Positions 11,371 to 24,111 of a stretch of DNA of 64,000 nucleotides are shown here, piece after piece (position 1 is the stretch's first letter; the number at the start of each line of letters is the position of its first letter). The stretch is taken from positions 380,184,001 to 380,248,000 of the forward strand of contig NW_027362762.1 of assembly GCF_046119375.1 (NCBI RefSeq). The letters run 5' to 3'. Under the pieces are notes generated by a model. It saw only the letters and a list, made by a program, of their open reading frames with translations. It did no database searches and was not told the origin of the DNA. The DNA is from Phyllobates terribilis. Lineage: Eukaryota. The position numbers and the translations under genes were made by a program.

Positions 11371-11993
11371 TAGTGCCCGGTGTCAGAAAGCTGGGTTTGC
11401 TTCCTTGGTCATGGGTTTTCCAGCAGGACAATGACCCCAAACATACTTCAAGAAGCACCCAGAAATGGATGTAAACAAAGTACTGCAGAGTTCTGAAGTG
11501 GCCAGCAATGAGTCCCAAATCCCTAAATCCCATTGAACACCTGTGGAGAGATCTTAAATTTGCTGTTGGGATAAGGCACCCTTCAAATGAGAGACCTGGG
11601 CAGTTTGCAAAAGTAGAGTGGACCAAAATTCCAGTTGAGAGGTGTACGAAGCTTGCTGATGGTTATAGGAAGCGATTGCTTGCAGTTATTTATTCCAAAG
11701 AGTGTGCAACCAAATATTAAGTTGAGGGTGCCAACAATTTTGTCCAGCCCACTTTTGGGGTTTTGTGTGAAATTATGTCCAATTTGCCTTCCTCTGTTTT
11801 AATGTGTTGTTCCAATATACACAAATAAATAAGCAAGTGTATAACAAATTGCTGTTGGGAGAAGGCACCTTTCAAATATAAGAGACCTGGATCAGTTTGC
11901 AAAAGAAGAGTGGTCCAAAATTCCAGTTGAGAGGTGTAAGAAGCTTGTTGATGGTTATAGGAAGCGCTTGATTGCAGTTATTTATTCCAAAGG

Positions 11994-12823
11994 TGTCATG
12001 CATGCTGGTGGTGCATGTGGTTCATGGACCCACTGTGCCATAGGGCCAGGCTTACCTAGGAGGTGCGTAACTAAGTGGCTACCTGGTTTTCACCGGAGCT
12101 CCTGATAGTGAAGTCAGGCTTGAGTTGAAGTTAGCCGCTCCTAGGCAATCCCCGACATGGACTAGACTCAAAGTCATAGACAGGGCTGGATACAGAACCT
12201 GTTCAGACAGCACGATTTGGACTCATTGGACAGTTACAACTTTAGGGTACACACACCAACAGGGTGGCTTCAGATTTTAGGTACTGCCGGTGTGGCTTAA
12301 GGGTTCAGGTACCGCCGGTGCAGGTAAGGTACCGCCAGAGCGGCTTCGGGTACCTCCGGAGTAGCATCAGGGTTCAGAAACAGCTGGAGCGGCTTCAGGG
12401 TTCAGGTACCACCAGTACGGCTTCAGGGTAACGTAAACACTATGCAGAAATACGGGAACTGGTTATGGCTAATGAAATAACTTCAAGATTGGGAGGGGGA
12501 TCTGGAAACATACAGTTGCACACACAAGAGTTGTAGGGAATCTATAGGGGTTGCTCAGGCACCTCCTAACTGGGTAGGGTGCCTTTTATACTAGATGCCT
12601 CCCAGCTATTGGCTGGGGGCATTTTCAAAGTGCGCTTGCTGCCCCTTTAAGAACAGGGGTGCGCGCGCACACACTAGGCGCGCTGCCTAGAAGCTTGTGC
12701 GGCGTGCACAGGAAGCAAAGCAGAAGACTGGAAGCTCGACGCACAGCCGGGGCAGTGAGTATAATGTCGTCCCTGCATGGAGGGGAAGAGGGACCATGCA
12801 GGGGTTCCGGCATTAGTGTTACA
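11994..12823 (-). mobile_element. Solo LTR (830 bp) inserted in Tc1
   Basis: TG...CA ends with a 5-bp TSD AAAGG (11989-93 and 12824-28); TATA-like motif on the minus strand near 12585; internal short tandem repeats at 12230-12440. Confidence 0.8.
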
Positions 12824-13109
12824 AAAGGGTGTGCAATCAAATATTAAGTTTTAGTGTGCCAAATATTTTGACTGGCCCATATTTGGGATTTTGTGTGAAA
12901 TTAGGTCCAATTTGCCTTTTTTTCCTCTGTTTTTTTGTGCTATTCCAATAAACACAAAGAAAATAAACATGTGTATAACAAAACATGTATAATTGCAATA
13001 ATTTTTGGGGAAATTACTTCATTTTCCGGAACAATTTGAAGGGTGCCAAAACTTTAGGCCATCACAACTTTGCAGCTTTTACAAGGTAATTATCCTCCTA
13101 TACACAGTA

Positions 13110-13965
13110 TGATGACCCTACTGTATCCCCCCACCCAACCCCTCGACTCAGTATGGTGAACCCAATAAAGTATGATGCCCTAACTTTGATCCTCACACAG
13201 CCCTCCATTAAGTATTATGGGCCTCTATACATTATAATGGCCCCCACATCCCTCCACACAGTATGATAACCCCAACAAAACCCTCCATACTGTATTACGG
13301 CCCTTATAAGCCCTTCAAAGAGTATCTTGGCCCCCACACAGCCCTTTAAACAGCATAATGCCCCCCCACAGTATGATGGACCCCACACAAACCTTCACAC
13401 TGTATAATTGATCGCATACAGTATAATGATACCCACATAGCCCCCCAAATAGTATAATGGCCCCTCCAAAGCCTTGAAAACAGTATAATAGTCCCCTACA
13501 TAGACCTGCAAACAGTATAATGGCCCCCACATGGCCTTGCAAACAGAATAATGGCTCCCACATAGCCCTCCAAACAGTAACAATGCCTCACATAGCCCTC
13601 TATAGTGTATAAAGGCTCCCAAATAGCCCTCCATATTGAATAATGGCCCCCATATAGCCCTCCAAATAGTATAAAGGACCCCATAGCCCTTCAAATTATT
13701 TAATTGCCCCCACATAGCCCTCCAAATAGCATCATAGCCACACATAGCCCAACAAATAGTATAATGGTCCCCACATAGTCCTCCATACAGTCTAATGGGC
13801 CCCACATTGCCTTACATACAGTATAATAGGCCCCACATAGTCATCCATAGAGTAGAATGACTCCCAGATTGCCTTCTATACAGTATAATGGACCCCACAT
13901 AGTCCTCCATACAGTAGAATGGGCCCCACATAGTCCTCCCTACAGTATAATGGGCCCACATAGTT
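13110..13965. repeat. Minisatellite array 1 (~29-31 bp unit, CAGTATAATGGCCCCCACATAGCCCTCCA type)
   Basis: Visible degenerate tandem periodicity. Confidence 0.9.
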
Positions 13966-14110
13966 CTCTGTCAGGGAGATATTAAGAAAATATGAACCAT
14001 TTCTCCCAAACCCCTCCCTTAGCTACCATCTACTCTATCACAAGAGAAGAGCTGACAGTCCAGCATCTGTCTCTCTTCAAATTATCACCTACAGCAGAAG
14101 TGACTTGTAA

Positions 14111-15086
14111 GGCCATGTGCCCACGTAGCGTTTTTGAAACGTTTTTGCGGCATTTTTATGGCCGTGAAAACGCCGCGAAAACGCTTGTAAAACCATCTGC
14201 CATGCAAAGCAATGTGAATTTGGATGTGCTGTGCACATGATGCGCTAATTAGCGCGCCAAATTCGCATTGCGTTGCAAAACGCAGCATGACCATTTCTAC
14301 CGCGATTACGCTGCAAATTGCCATTGAGGAACATTGAAACGCAGCAAACCCGCAGGTATATATGGATTTGTTGCGTTTCAATTAAATTCAATGGCCGCGA
14401 ATTTGCAGCGTAATCGTTGTGCGTGTGGTACCCAGGATGAAGAGGAGACTACAACTCCTCTTCATCCCAGCTACCACGCAGTGAAAAAAAGAAATTAAAA
14501 AGTTAAAAATAGAAAAAAACCTGTATACTCACCTCTCCGGCGGCCCCCGGTCTGCTCCTGGCCACGTCCTCCATCCTTGGCGTGTACTTGCAGGACCTAC
14601 GGTGACGTCATTTAGTCAGCTGATGGTCACGCGACCACTGACATCAGCGGCCAGGTGATGGTCGTGTGACCATCAGCTGACTAAATGACGTCACCGCAGG
14701 TCCTGCAAGTACACTGCGGGACGCCGAGGAGAGAGGATCGCCGCCGGGAGGAGACTGGAGAGGTGTGTATACAGGTTTTTTTTATTTTTAACTTTTTAAT
14801 TCTTTTTTTTTTTTTACTATAGATGCAGCATTTAAAACATCTAAGTTGGTCACACAATATAAATCCATGCCGGTTGCATGGATTTATATTGTGTGACCAA
14901 CTTGTCAAGCACTTTTCCAAGTGATGCTCAAAATCGCTTGGAAAAGTGCTTGAAAAAGTGCGTGTAAAAACGCTGAAAAAACGCTTCTCTCTGGCAGAAA
15001 AAACGCATGTAAATCTGCATGCGTTTTTTTCTGTCAGAGAGAGGCAAAAACGCTCTGCATCAAATCTGCTACGTGGGTACATAGCC
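14111..15086. mobile_element. PIF/Harbinger-like MITE (976 bp) with nested inverted repeats
   Basis: TIR GGCCATGTGCCCACGTAGC / GCTACGTGGGTACATAGCC, TAA TSD; central hairpin 14583-14712 with ~55-bp arms. Confidence 0.8.
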
Positions 15087-15539
15087 TAAAGCTGTAACAT
15101 AATTAAAATGTGAGGGTCTTTCTCTGTGGCAGCAGCAGGGGATGATTAGGCACCAGTTTTCAATCAATTTACATGTAGCTGTTCAAGCTTGCTTCCCAGA
15201 ATGAAAAATGGAATTTAATAGAGGGTCCCAGGACGCCCGGCACCAATATGAAATATGGAATAGCTCAAGTTCCATAATTCTGATAATAATGGGACCCATA
15301 TTTTTAGTGACAGGGTCAGTCAACGAACAAGATGCTTATTTTTTTGTAGCCGTAAGCCCCTCCGGGGAGATGTAGTGCACCAGAATAACGGATCGCAGCT
15401 ATGCCATGTTTGGTCTCTAAATGAAGGTAAAATCATAATAGAAAATATGGTATCACTTTTGAGCTTCTGGGATCAACCAGTGATCAGTTATCCCAAAAAC
15501 CAGATCTCTTAATAAAAATGTGCAGGCTGGAGACCAGCC

Positions 15540-16203
15540 TCGTGATGTCAGCACAGGGGTTGTGTGGGCAGATCTTCCCTCAGGCATAAAAGAGTCCACG
15601 GAGGATAGATGAGCATTCTTTGCCAGGAGGTATAGATACTATAAGCAATGGATTGCGTTCGATAACGCTCAAATCAAATCCGGGAGCCCCTCCTCCAGCT
15701 ATACTGATTCGTCCCTGCGAACTCTATAGTAAGTTTCTTCTGTAATCCCGTTTATTTTATGTAACTGTCTATTCTGTACTGTAAATCCCCTTTTGTAAAA
15801 TCTTGTATATGTTTTCTAAACACTGCCTCCCTTTTGGATTAAATATAAAATTTAATAGTTCTTTTTCTTTTGCTCTGTAATCGTTCCCTTCCCCGAAGCC
15901 ATACTCTACCAGAACCTAGGCATCCAGCAAGGCCTGTATTATATTTCAAACGCAGCCTGTGGTAGCAGCGATTGGGCTATCGTGAAGCCGGCAGTAACCG
16001 TACGGGGCGTGTACACATATTCCATGCGTTGGAATCCGGAGGTGTGATGCCATATGCTTTCTGCTCGCTTGCCGATAGCTGCGCCGTGAGTAGTCTGGAT
16101 CGTGTACTCGCGAATCCCTGACAAAATCCTGACAGAGTGATGGCAGCAGCGAGATATTGTGTGATCTCCCCGGTGTCGCCCCTGTCGCTGTGAAACCTTG
16201 ACA
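15540..16203 (+). mobile_element. LTR-like fragment (probable truncated solo LTR)
   Basis: TATA-like CATAAAA, ATTAAA signal, CpG-rich U5-like part ending TGACA against the minisatellite; the 5' end was not identified. Confidence 0.45.
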
Positions 16204-17707
16204 TCCTCCATATAGTATAATGGCTCCTCATAGTCCTCCATACAGTCTAATGGGCCCCACATAGTGCTCCATACAGTATAATTGGACACAAATAGTCCTC
16301 CATACAGTATAATGGGCCCCACATAGTTATCCATATAGTATAATGGCTCCACATCGTCCTCCATACAGTATAAATGGACCCACATTGCCTTTCATACAGT
16401 ATAATGGGCCCCACATACTTCTCCATATAGTATAAGAGGCCCCCCATTGCCTTCCATATAGTATAATGAGCTCCACATAGTCCTCCATATAGTATAATGA
16501 CCCCCACATTGACTTCCATACAGTATAATGGGCCCCACATAGTCTACCATATAGAATGATGGGCCCCACATAGTCCATACATACATATGGTATACTGACC
16601 CCACATAATCCTCCATACAGTATAATAAGCCCCACATAGTCATCCATACAGTAGAATGACCTCCACATTGCCTTCCATATAGTATAATGGGCCCACATAG
16701 TCCTCCCTACAGTATAATTGGCCCACATAGTCCTTAATGCAGTATAAGGGACCCGCATAGTCCTCCATATAGTATAATGGCTCCACATAGTCCTCCATAC
16801 AGTAGAATGACCTCCACATTGCCTTCCATATAGTATAATGGGCCCACATAGTCCTCCATACAGTATAATTGGCCCACATAGTCCTTAATGCAGTATAAGG
16901 GACCCGCATAGTCCTCCATATAGTATATTGGGCTTCACATTAGCCTTCCATACATTACAATGGGCCCCACATAGTCCTCCATACAGTATAATGGGCCCGC
17001 ATAGTCCTTAATGCAATATAATGGACCCGCATAGTCCTCCATATAGTATAATGGGTCCACATAGTCCTCCATACAGTAGAATGACCTCCACATTGCCTTC
17101 CATGCAATATAATGGGCCCACATAGTCCTCCATAAAGTATAACGGGCCCTAAATAGTCCTTCATACAGTATATTGAGTCCCACATTGCCTTCCATAAAGT
17201 ATAATGGACGCCACATTGCCTTCCATACAGTATAATGGGCCCAACATTGCCATCCATACAGTATAATGGGCCCCACTTAGTTCTCCATACAGTATAATGA
17301 GCCCCGCATTGCCTTCCATATTGTATAATGGGCCCAACATAGTCATCCATATAGAATGATGGGCCCCACATAGTCCTCCATATAGAATAATGGGTCTCAC
17401 ATAGTCCTTTATACAGTATAATGGGCCCACATGGTCCTCCATACAGTATAATAGGCCCCACATATTCCTCCATACAGTATAATGGACCCACATAGTCCTT
17501 AATGCAATATAATGGACCCGCATAGTACTCCATATAATATAATGGCTCCACATAGTCCTCCATACAGTATAGTGGGCCTCAAATTGCCTTCCATACATTA
17601 TAATGAACCCCACATAGTCTTCCTTAAAGTATAATGGGCCCCAAATAGTTCTTCATACAGTATATTTGGTCCCATATTGCCTTCCATACAGTATAATGGG
17701 CCCCATA
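16204..17707. repeat. Minisatellite array 2 (~30 bp unit) with 151-bp higher-order repeats
   Basis: ATACAGTATAATGGGCCCCACATAGTCCTCC units; the block at 16651 recurs at 16802. Confidence 0.92.
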
Positions 17708-17709
17708 TA

Positions 17710-18680
17710 CACTGTGTGCAGAATTATTAGGCAAATTAGTATTTTGATCACATGATACTTTTTATACATGTTGTCCTACTCCAAGCTGCATAGGCTTGAG
17801 AGCCAACTACCAATTAAGTAAATCTGGTGATGTGCATCTCTGTAATGAGGAGGGGTGTTGACTAATGACATCAACACCCTCTGTGGCTGGTATCATCAAA
17901 GATGAACTTGTGGGACCTTTTCGGGTTGAGGATGGAGTGAAGCTCAACTCCCAGACCTACTGCCAGTTTCTGGAAGACAACTTCTTCAAGCAGTGGTGCA
18001 AGAAGAAGTCGGTATCGTTCAAGAAAAACATGATTTTCATGCAGGACAATGCTCCATCACATGCATCCAACTACTCCACGGCGTGGCTGGCCAGTAAAGG
18101 TCTAAAAGAAGAAAAAATAATGACATGGCCCCCTTGTTCACCTGATCTGAACCCCATAGAGAACCTGTGGTCCATCATAAAGTGTGAGATCTAGAGGGAG
18201 GGAAAACAGTACACCTCTCGGAACAGTGTCTGGGAGGCTGTGGTGGCTGCTGCACGCAATGTTGATCGAAAACAGATCAAGCAACTGACAGAATCTATGG
18301 ATGGAAGGCTGTTGAGTGTCATCATAAAGAAAGGTGGCTATATTGATCACAAATTTTTTGGTATTTGTTTTTGCATGTCAGAAATGTTTATTTCTAAATT
18401 TTGTGCACTGATATTGGTTTTCCTGGTGAAAATAAACAAGTGAGATGGGATTATATTTGTTTTTTATTAAGTTGCCTAATAATTCGGGACAGTAATAGTT
18501 ACCTGCACAAACAGATATCCTCCTAAGATAGCCAAATCTAAAAAAAAAACCACTCCAACTTCCAAAAATATTAAGCTTGGATATTTATGAGTCTTTTGGG
18601 TTGATTGAGAACATAGTTGTTGATCAATAATAAAAATAATCCTCTAAAATACAACTTGCCTAATAATTCTGTACACACTG
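17710..18680 (+). mobile_element. Internally deleted DD37E (TRT-type) Tc1 element
   Basis: TA flanks; TIR CACTGTGTGCAGAATTATTAGGCAA; QDNAPSH...SPDLNPIE has 37 residues between D and E; N-terminal half missing. Confidence 0.85.
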
Positions 18681-18959
18681 TATATATAGTGTCAATGTAC
18701 AGGTAATAAAGTGATCGCCAGTGACAATAAAGCATATACAGAGCTCCTGTGTATATATAGTATACAGTAATAATGTCCCCATCCTGGACCCCTTCCAGTA
18801 ATAATATCCCCATCCTGGGTCCCTTTCAGTAATAATGTCCCCATCCTAGGCCACTATGTCAGCCCATATGTCACTACCCTGCCAATTACTGAGGGAAAAA
18901 AAAAAAGATTCTTCTCACCTTCCTGCTCTCCCCCGGCATCCTCTTGTGACTTAATATTC

Positions 18960-19200
18960 GGCGTGGTCATTAAAATGGCCGCTGACTACAGCTGTGACAG
19001 GTTGCTCTGCTCTGTGACAGGCCACTCGCTGACGTCACATAGCAGTAACATTGAAAGGCCACCGGCCTATCAAAGGCTGCAGGCGTTAATGTTGGCCTCT
19101 GATAGGCAGGCGGACATTTAATGTAACTGCTGTGTGACGTCACAGAGCAGAGCATCCTGTCACAGCTGCAGCCGGTATTCATCTTCAGGTTTTTGTGGGC
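18960..19200. repeat. Palindromic MITE-like core
   Basis: CAGCTGTGACAGGTTGCTCTGCTCTGTGAC / GTCACAGAGCAGAGCATCCTGTCACAGCTG inverted arms. Confidence 0.6.
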
Positions 19201-19721
19201 CCCGGGCGAAAGAGTCTCAGTGGGCCCCTTTAACACATACCACGATTCATGATGTACAGATACCGCAGAGAAATATATATATAGTACAATACCAAAGATT
19301 TCACTTCTTACATTACATGAATGATATCTATTGTAAATTCTACAAAAGCTCAGAAACCGGTGAATCCTCACAGAGCACAGTGTGTGTCCTGGGGGATTCA
19401 AAAGTCTGCAGACACAGAGTGACTGCAGATTTATCATTTTAGATTGGACAGTATAGTCCGCCATGCAGTATTATGGGCACCACATAGTCCTCCATACAGA
19501 ATTATGGGCACCATATATTGCTCCATACAGTACTATGGGTCCCACATATTTCTCCGTACAGTATTATGGGCCCCATATCTTGCTCCATACAGTATAATGG
19601 GCACCATATATTACTCCTTACAATATAATGGGCCCCATATATTACTCAATACAATATAATGTCCCCCATATATTACTCCATATATTATAACGGGCCCCAT
19701 ACATTACTCCATACAGTATGA

Positions 19722-19890
19722 TTTATTTATTTATTTATTTATTTTACTTACTTATATAGCGCCATTAATTCCATAACACTTTACAGACATTATGGGCATT
19801 GTCCCCATTGGGGCTCACAATCTAAATTCCCTATCAGTATGTCTTTGGAGTGTGGGAGGAAACCGGAGAACCCGGAGGAAATCCATGCAA
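19722..19890 (-). mobile_element. 5'-truncated V-SINE-like element
   Basis: Same body and tail as 57888-58137 (GGTTTCCTCCCACACTCCAAAGACATAC) with an (AAAT)n tail. Confidence 0.75.
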
Positions 19891-20064
19891 ATAATGGGCC
19901 CTATCTACAGTATTACTCCATACAGTATAATGGACCCCACATAGTGCTCAATACAGTATAATGGTCCCACCCAGTGCTCACTGCAGTATAGTGCTCTCAT
20001 ATATTGCCATACAGTATAATGGGCACCATATATTACTCCATACAGTATAATGAGCTCCATATAA

Positions 20065-20216
20065 TAAAAATAATAATAATTTTTATTTATATAGCGCCAA
20101 CATATTCCCCAGCACTTTACAATTAAGTAGGGACATGTACAGACAATACAAACAATACAATGTATCACATTTCAACAGTTACAGGAGGAGTGAGGGCCCT
20201 GCTCGCAAGCTTACAA
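20065..20216 (-). mobile_element. L2-type 3' tail fragment
   Basis: GGCGCTATATAAATAAAAA(TTA)n terminus on the minus strand. Confidence 0.55.
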
Positions 20217-20865
20217 TATATATAATGCTCCATACGTATAATGGGCCCTGTATATTGCGCCACACAGTATAATGGCCCCATGTAATGCTCCATACAGTAT
20301 AATGGGCTCCATATATTGCGCCATACAGTATAATGGCCCCATATAATGCTCCATACAGTATAATGGGCTCCATATATTGTGCCATACAGTATAATGCCCC
20401 CACATATTGCTCCATACAGTATAATGGCCCCATATATTGTGCCATACAGTATAATGGCCCCATATATTGCGCCATACAGTATAATGGGCCCATATATTGC
20501 CCCATACTGTATATAATGGCCTCCATATAATGCTCCATACAGTATATTGGCCCCATATATTGCTCCATACAGTATATAATGGGCTCCATATATTGCTCCA
20601 TACAGTATATAATGAGCCCCATATAAAGCTCCATACAGTAAAATGGCCCCATATATTGCTTTAAACAGTATATAATGGTCGCATATATTGCGCCATACAG
20701 TATATAATGGACCCCATATATTGCTCCGTACAGAATAATGGCCTCATATAGTCTATAAGTGTCCCATAAATTGCTCCATACAGTATAATGGGCCCCATAT
20801 ATTACTCCATACAATATAATGTGCCCCATATATTACTCCGTACAATATAATGTCCCCCATACATA

Positions 20866-22515
20866 CAGTTGTATGAAAAAGTTTGGGCACCCCTATTAAT
20901 CTTAAGCTTAATGTTTTATAAAAATTGGTGTTTTTGCAACAGCTATTTCAGTTTGATATATGTAATAACTGTTGGACACAGTAATGTTTCTGCCTTGAAA
21001 TGAGGTTTATTGTACTAACAGAAAATGTGCAATCTGCATTCAAACAAAATTTGACAGTTGCATAAGTATGGGCACCTCACCAGAAAAGTGACATTAATAT
21101 TTAGTAGATCCTCCTTTTGCAAAAATAACAGCCTCTAGTCGCTTCCTGTAGCTTTTAATGATTTCCTGGATCCTGGATGAAGGTATTTTTGACCATTCCT
21201 CTTTACAAAACAATTCCAGTTCAGTTAAGTTTGATGGTCGCCGAGCATGGACAGCCCTCTTCAAATGATCCCACAGATGTTCAATGATATTCAGGTCTGG
21301 GGACTGGGATGGCCATTCCAGAACATTGTAATTGTTCCTCTGCATGAATGCCTGAGTAGATTTGGAGCGGTGTTTTGGATCATTGTCTTGCTCAAAGATC
21401 CATCCCCTGCGTAACTTCAACTTTGTCACTGATTCTTGAACATTATTGTCAAGAATCTGCTGATACTGAGTGGAATCCATGCGTCCCTCAACTTTAACAA
21501 GATTCCCGGTGCCGGCATTGGCCGCGCAGCCCCAAAGCATGATGGAACCTCCACCAAATTTTACTGTGGGTAGCAAGTGTTTTTCTTGGAATGCTGTGTT
21601 TTTTTGCCGCCATGCATAACGCCTTTTTGTATGACCAAACAACTCAATCTTGGTTTCATCAGTCCACAGGACCTTCTTCCAAAAACAAATTGGCTTCTCC
21701 AAATGTGCTTTTGCATACCTCAGCCGACTCTGTTTGTGGCGTGCTTGCAGAAACTGATTTTTTCGCATCACTCTCCCATACAGCTTCTCCTTGTGCAAAG
21801 TGCGTTGTATAGTTGACCGATGCACAGTGACACCATCTGCAGCAAGTTGATGCTGCAACTCTCTGGAGGTGGTCTGAGGATTGTCCTTGACTGATCTCAC
21901 CATTCTTCTTCTCTGCTTTTCTGATGTTTTTCTTGGCCTGCCACTTCTGGCCTTAACAAGAACTGTCCCTGTGTTCTTCCATTTCCTTACTATGTTCTTC
22001 ACAGTGGAAACTGACAGGTTAAATCTCTGAGACAGCTTTTTGTATCCTTCCCCTGAACAACTATGTTGAATAATCTTTGTTTTCAGATCATTTAACAGTT
22101 GTTTTGAGGAGCCCATGATGCCACTCTTCAGAGGAGATTCAAACAGGAGAACAACTTGCAAGTGGCCACTTTAAGTAGCTTTTCTCATGATTGCATACAC
22201 CTGGCTATGAAGTTCAAAGCTGAATGAGGTTACAAAACAAAAAAAAGTGCATTAGTAAGTCAGTAAAAAGTAGGTAGGAGTATTTAAAACAAGAAAATGA
22301 TAAGGGTGCCCATACTTATGCACCTGTCAAATTTTGTTTGAATGCAGATTGCACATTTTCTGTTAGTACAATAAACCTCATTTCAAGGCAGAAACATTAC
22401 TGTGTCCAACAGTTATTACATATATCAAACTGAAATAGCTGTTGCAAAAACACCAATTTTTATAAAACATTAAGTTTAAGATTAATAGGGGTGCCCAAAC
22501 TTTTTCATATAACTG
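20866..22515 (-). mobile_element. Complete Tc1 element (1650 bp, IR/DR type)
   Basis: TA TSD on both sides; 211-bp TIRs (20866-21076 and 22305-22515) with 3 mismatches; each TIR has an outer and an inner ...GGGCACC direct repeat. Confidence 0.95.
21094..22116 (-). CDS. Intact DD34E Tc1 transposase (340 aa from MGSSKQ)
   Basis: Paired-like HTH with SGRPRK; WTDETK, QDNDPKH and SPDLNIIE with D-34-E spacing; no stops. Confidence 0.93.
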   Translation of the reverse strand: MGSSKQLLNDLKTKIIQHSCSGEGYKKLSQRFNLSVSTVKNIVRKWKNTGTVLVKARSGRPRKTSEKQRRRMVRSVKDNPQTTSRELQHQLAADGVTVHRSTIQRTLHKEKLYGRVMRKNQFLQARHKQSRLRYAKAHLEKPICFWKKVLWTDETKIELFGHTKRRYAWRQKNTAFQEKHLLPTVKFGGGSIMLWGCAANAGTGNLVKVEGRMDSTQYQQILDNNVQESVTKLKLRRGWIFEQDNDPKHRSKSTQAFMQRNNYNVLEWPSQSPDLNIIEHLWDHLKRAVHARRPSNLTELELFCKEEWSKIPSSRIQEIIKSYRKRLEAVIFAKGGSTKY

Positions 22516-22517
22516 TA

Positions 22518-23460
22518 ACTCCATACAGTATAATGGGCCCTATATATTACTCCATACAGTATAATGGGCCCCACATAGTGCTCCATACAGTATAATGGTC
22601 CTACACAGTGCTCCATGCAGTATAGTGGGCTCATATATTGCTCTGTACAGAATAAAGGCCCCATACATTGCTCCATACAGCATAATGGGTACCGTATAAT
22701 GCACCATATAGTATAATGGGCACCAAATATTGCTCCATACAGTATAATGGCTCCATATAATGCTCCATACAGTATAATGGCCCCATATATTGCTTCATAC
22801 AGTATAATGGCCCCATATATTGCTCCATACAGTATAATGGACCCATATATTGCTCCATACAGTATATAATGGCCCCCATATAATGCTCCATACAGTATAA
22901 TGGCCCATATATTGCTCCATGCAATATATAATGGGCCCCATATAATGCTTCATACAGTATAATGGCTCGATATATTGCCCCATACAGTATATAATGGGCC
23001 CCATATATTGCTTCATACAGTATATAATGGGCCCCATATAATGCTCCATACAGTATATTGGCCCTATACATTACTCAATACAGTATATAATGGGCCCCAT
23101 ATATTGCACCATACAGTATATAATGGGCCCCATATAATGCTCCATGCAGTATATTGGCCCCATATGTTGCTCCATACAGTATATAATGGGCTCCATATAT
23201 TGCTCCATACAGTATTTAATGGACCCCATATAATGCTCCATACAGTATAATGGCCACATATATTGCTCCATAGAGTAAAATGGCCCGATGTATTGCTCCA
23301 CACAGTATATAATGGTCTCATATATTGTGCCATACAGCATATAATGGGCCCCATATATTGCTCCATACAGTATAATGGCACCATATAGTATATAATGGGC
23401 CCCATATATTGGAGATATATGGAGATACAGTATAATGGCCCGATATAATGCTGCATACAG
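22518..23460. repeat. Minisatellite array 4 (continuation of array 3)
   Basis: Same unit variant as 19450-20863; ends in an A-run plus TACTCACCTCTCC. Confidence 0.9.
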
Positions 23461-23989
23461 TAAAAAAAAATCAAATACTCACCTCTCCTGTTCCCCGCAG
23501 GTCTAGTATGCTCAGCGCATCTTCAAACTCTGCGGTGCTCAAGACAAAGAGAGCCAAAATCAGGAGAGGAACAATCAGAGGACAAGTATAATAGAAACTC
23601 GTCACCACTTTGGTATTATTCACCCACTCCTGGTTTTGGCTTACAAATACTGATGTAAAATACTGACCAAATACTGAACGTGTGAACGTGGCCTTAGGTT
23701 CATCTTCAGGGGAAAGTCTAAAGCCAATCTATTTTTTTAAAATTTCTGAGTATTGGAAATCATAACAAAGGCTTTAAAAGTTCTCCCATCTAAACAGTTT
23801 AGGAGCTGAGCCCGCGATAAAACTCCCAAAACATTTCACCTCCCTTATGCATATGATCTTGTACCTCCATCTGATCTAACCAGCCTGCATTTATAGTTTT
23901 GCTTACATAATGTACAAATGTATAAATTCTGTCTCATAGATTTTGTGCTTCATTTAATTTTTATTATTCTTTTGTCGTTTTTATTTTAG

Positions 23990-24111
23990 GATCTTTCAAA
24001 TGGGCGATTATTATCCTTCCTCTGTGTCTTGTTATTTTGGGTTTACTGGTGGCATCTGCATATAAACATTTCATTGACAAAAAAGAATTGTTTCCTTTCA
24101 CAACTCTTTAA
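23990..24111 (+). CDS. IL1R2: Terminal coding exon: transmembrane helix and short tail, no TIR domain (IL1R2-like decoy receptor)
   Basis: Long pyrimidine tract plus ttttag acceptor; encodes GSFKWAIIILPLCLVILGLLVASAYKHFIDKKELFPFTTL*, resembling the IL1R2 TM (STFSWGIVLAPLSLAFLVL, recalled); AATAAA near 24575 and 24665. Confidence 0.72.

Larger units (their letters stand above)
19450..20863. repeat. Minisatellite array 3 (CAGTATAATGGCCCCATATATTGCTCCATA type)
   Basis: Tandem ~30-33 bp units interrupted by SINE/L2 tails; continues at 22518 beyond the Tc1. Confidence 0.9.

Noticed and set aside
16204-17707. Regular ~30-bp periodicity superficially like a CRISPR array
   Set aside because: There are no unique spacers or cas genes, the units are degenerate head-to-tail repeats, and the context is eukaryotic.
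13315-23474. Many overlapping minus-strand ORFs with MGPLYCMEQY-like repeats
   Set aside because: They are translations of the minisatellite, whose minus strand is stop-poor; they occur in several frames and show no splice or domain evidence.
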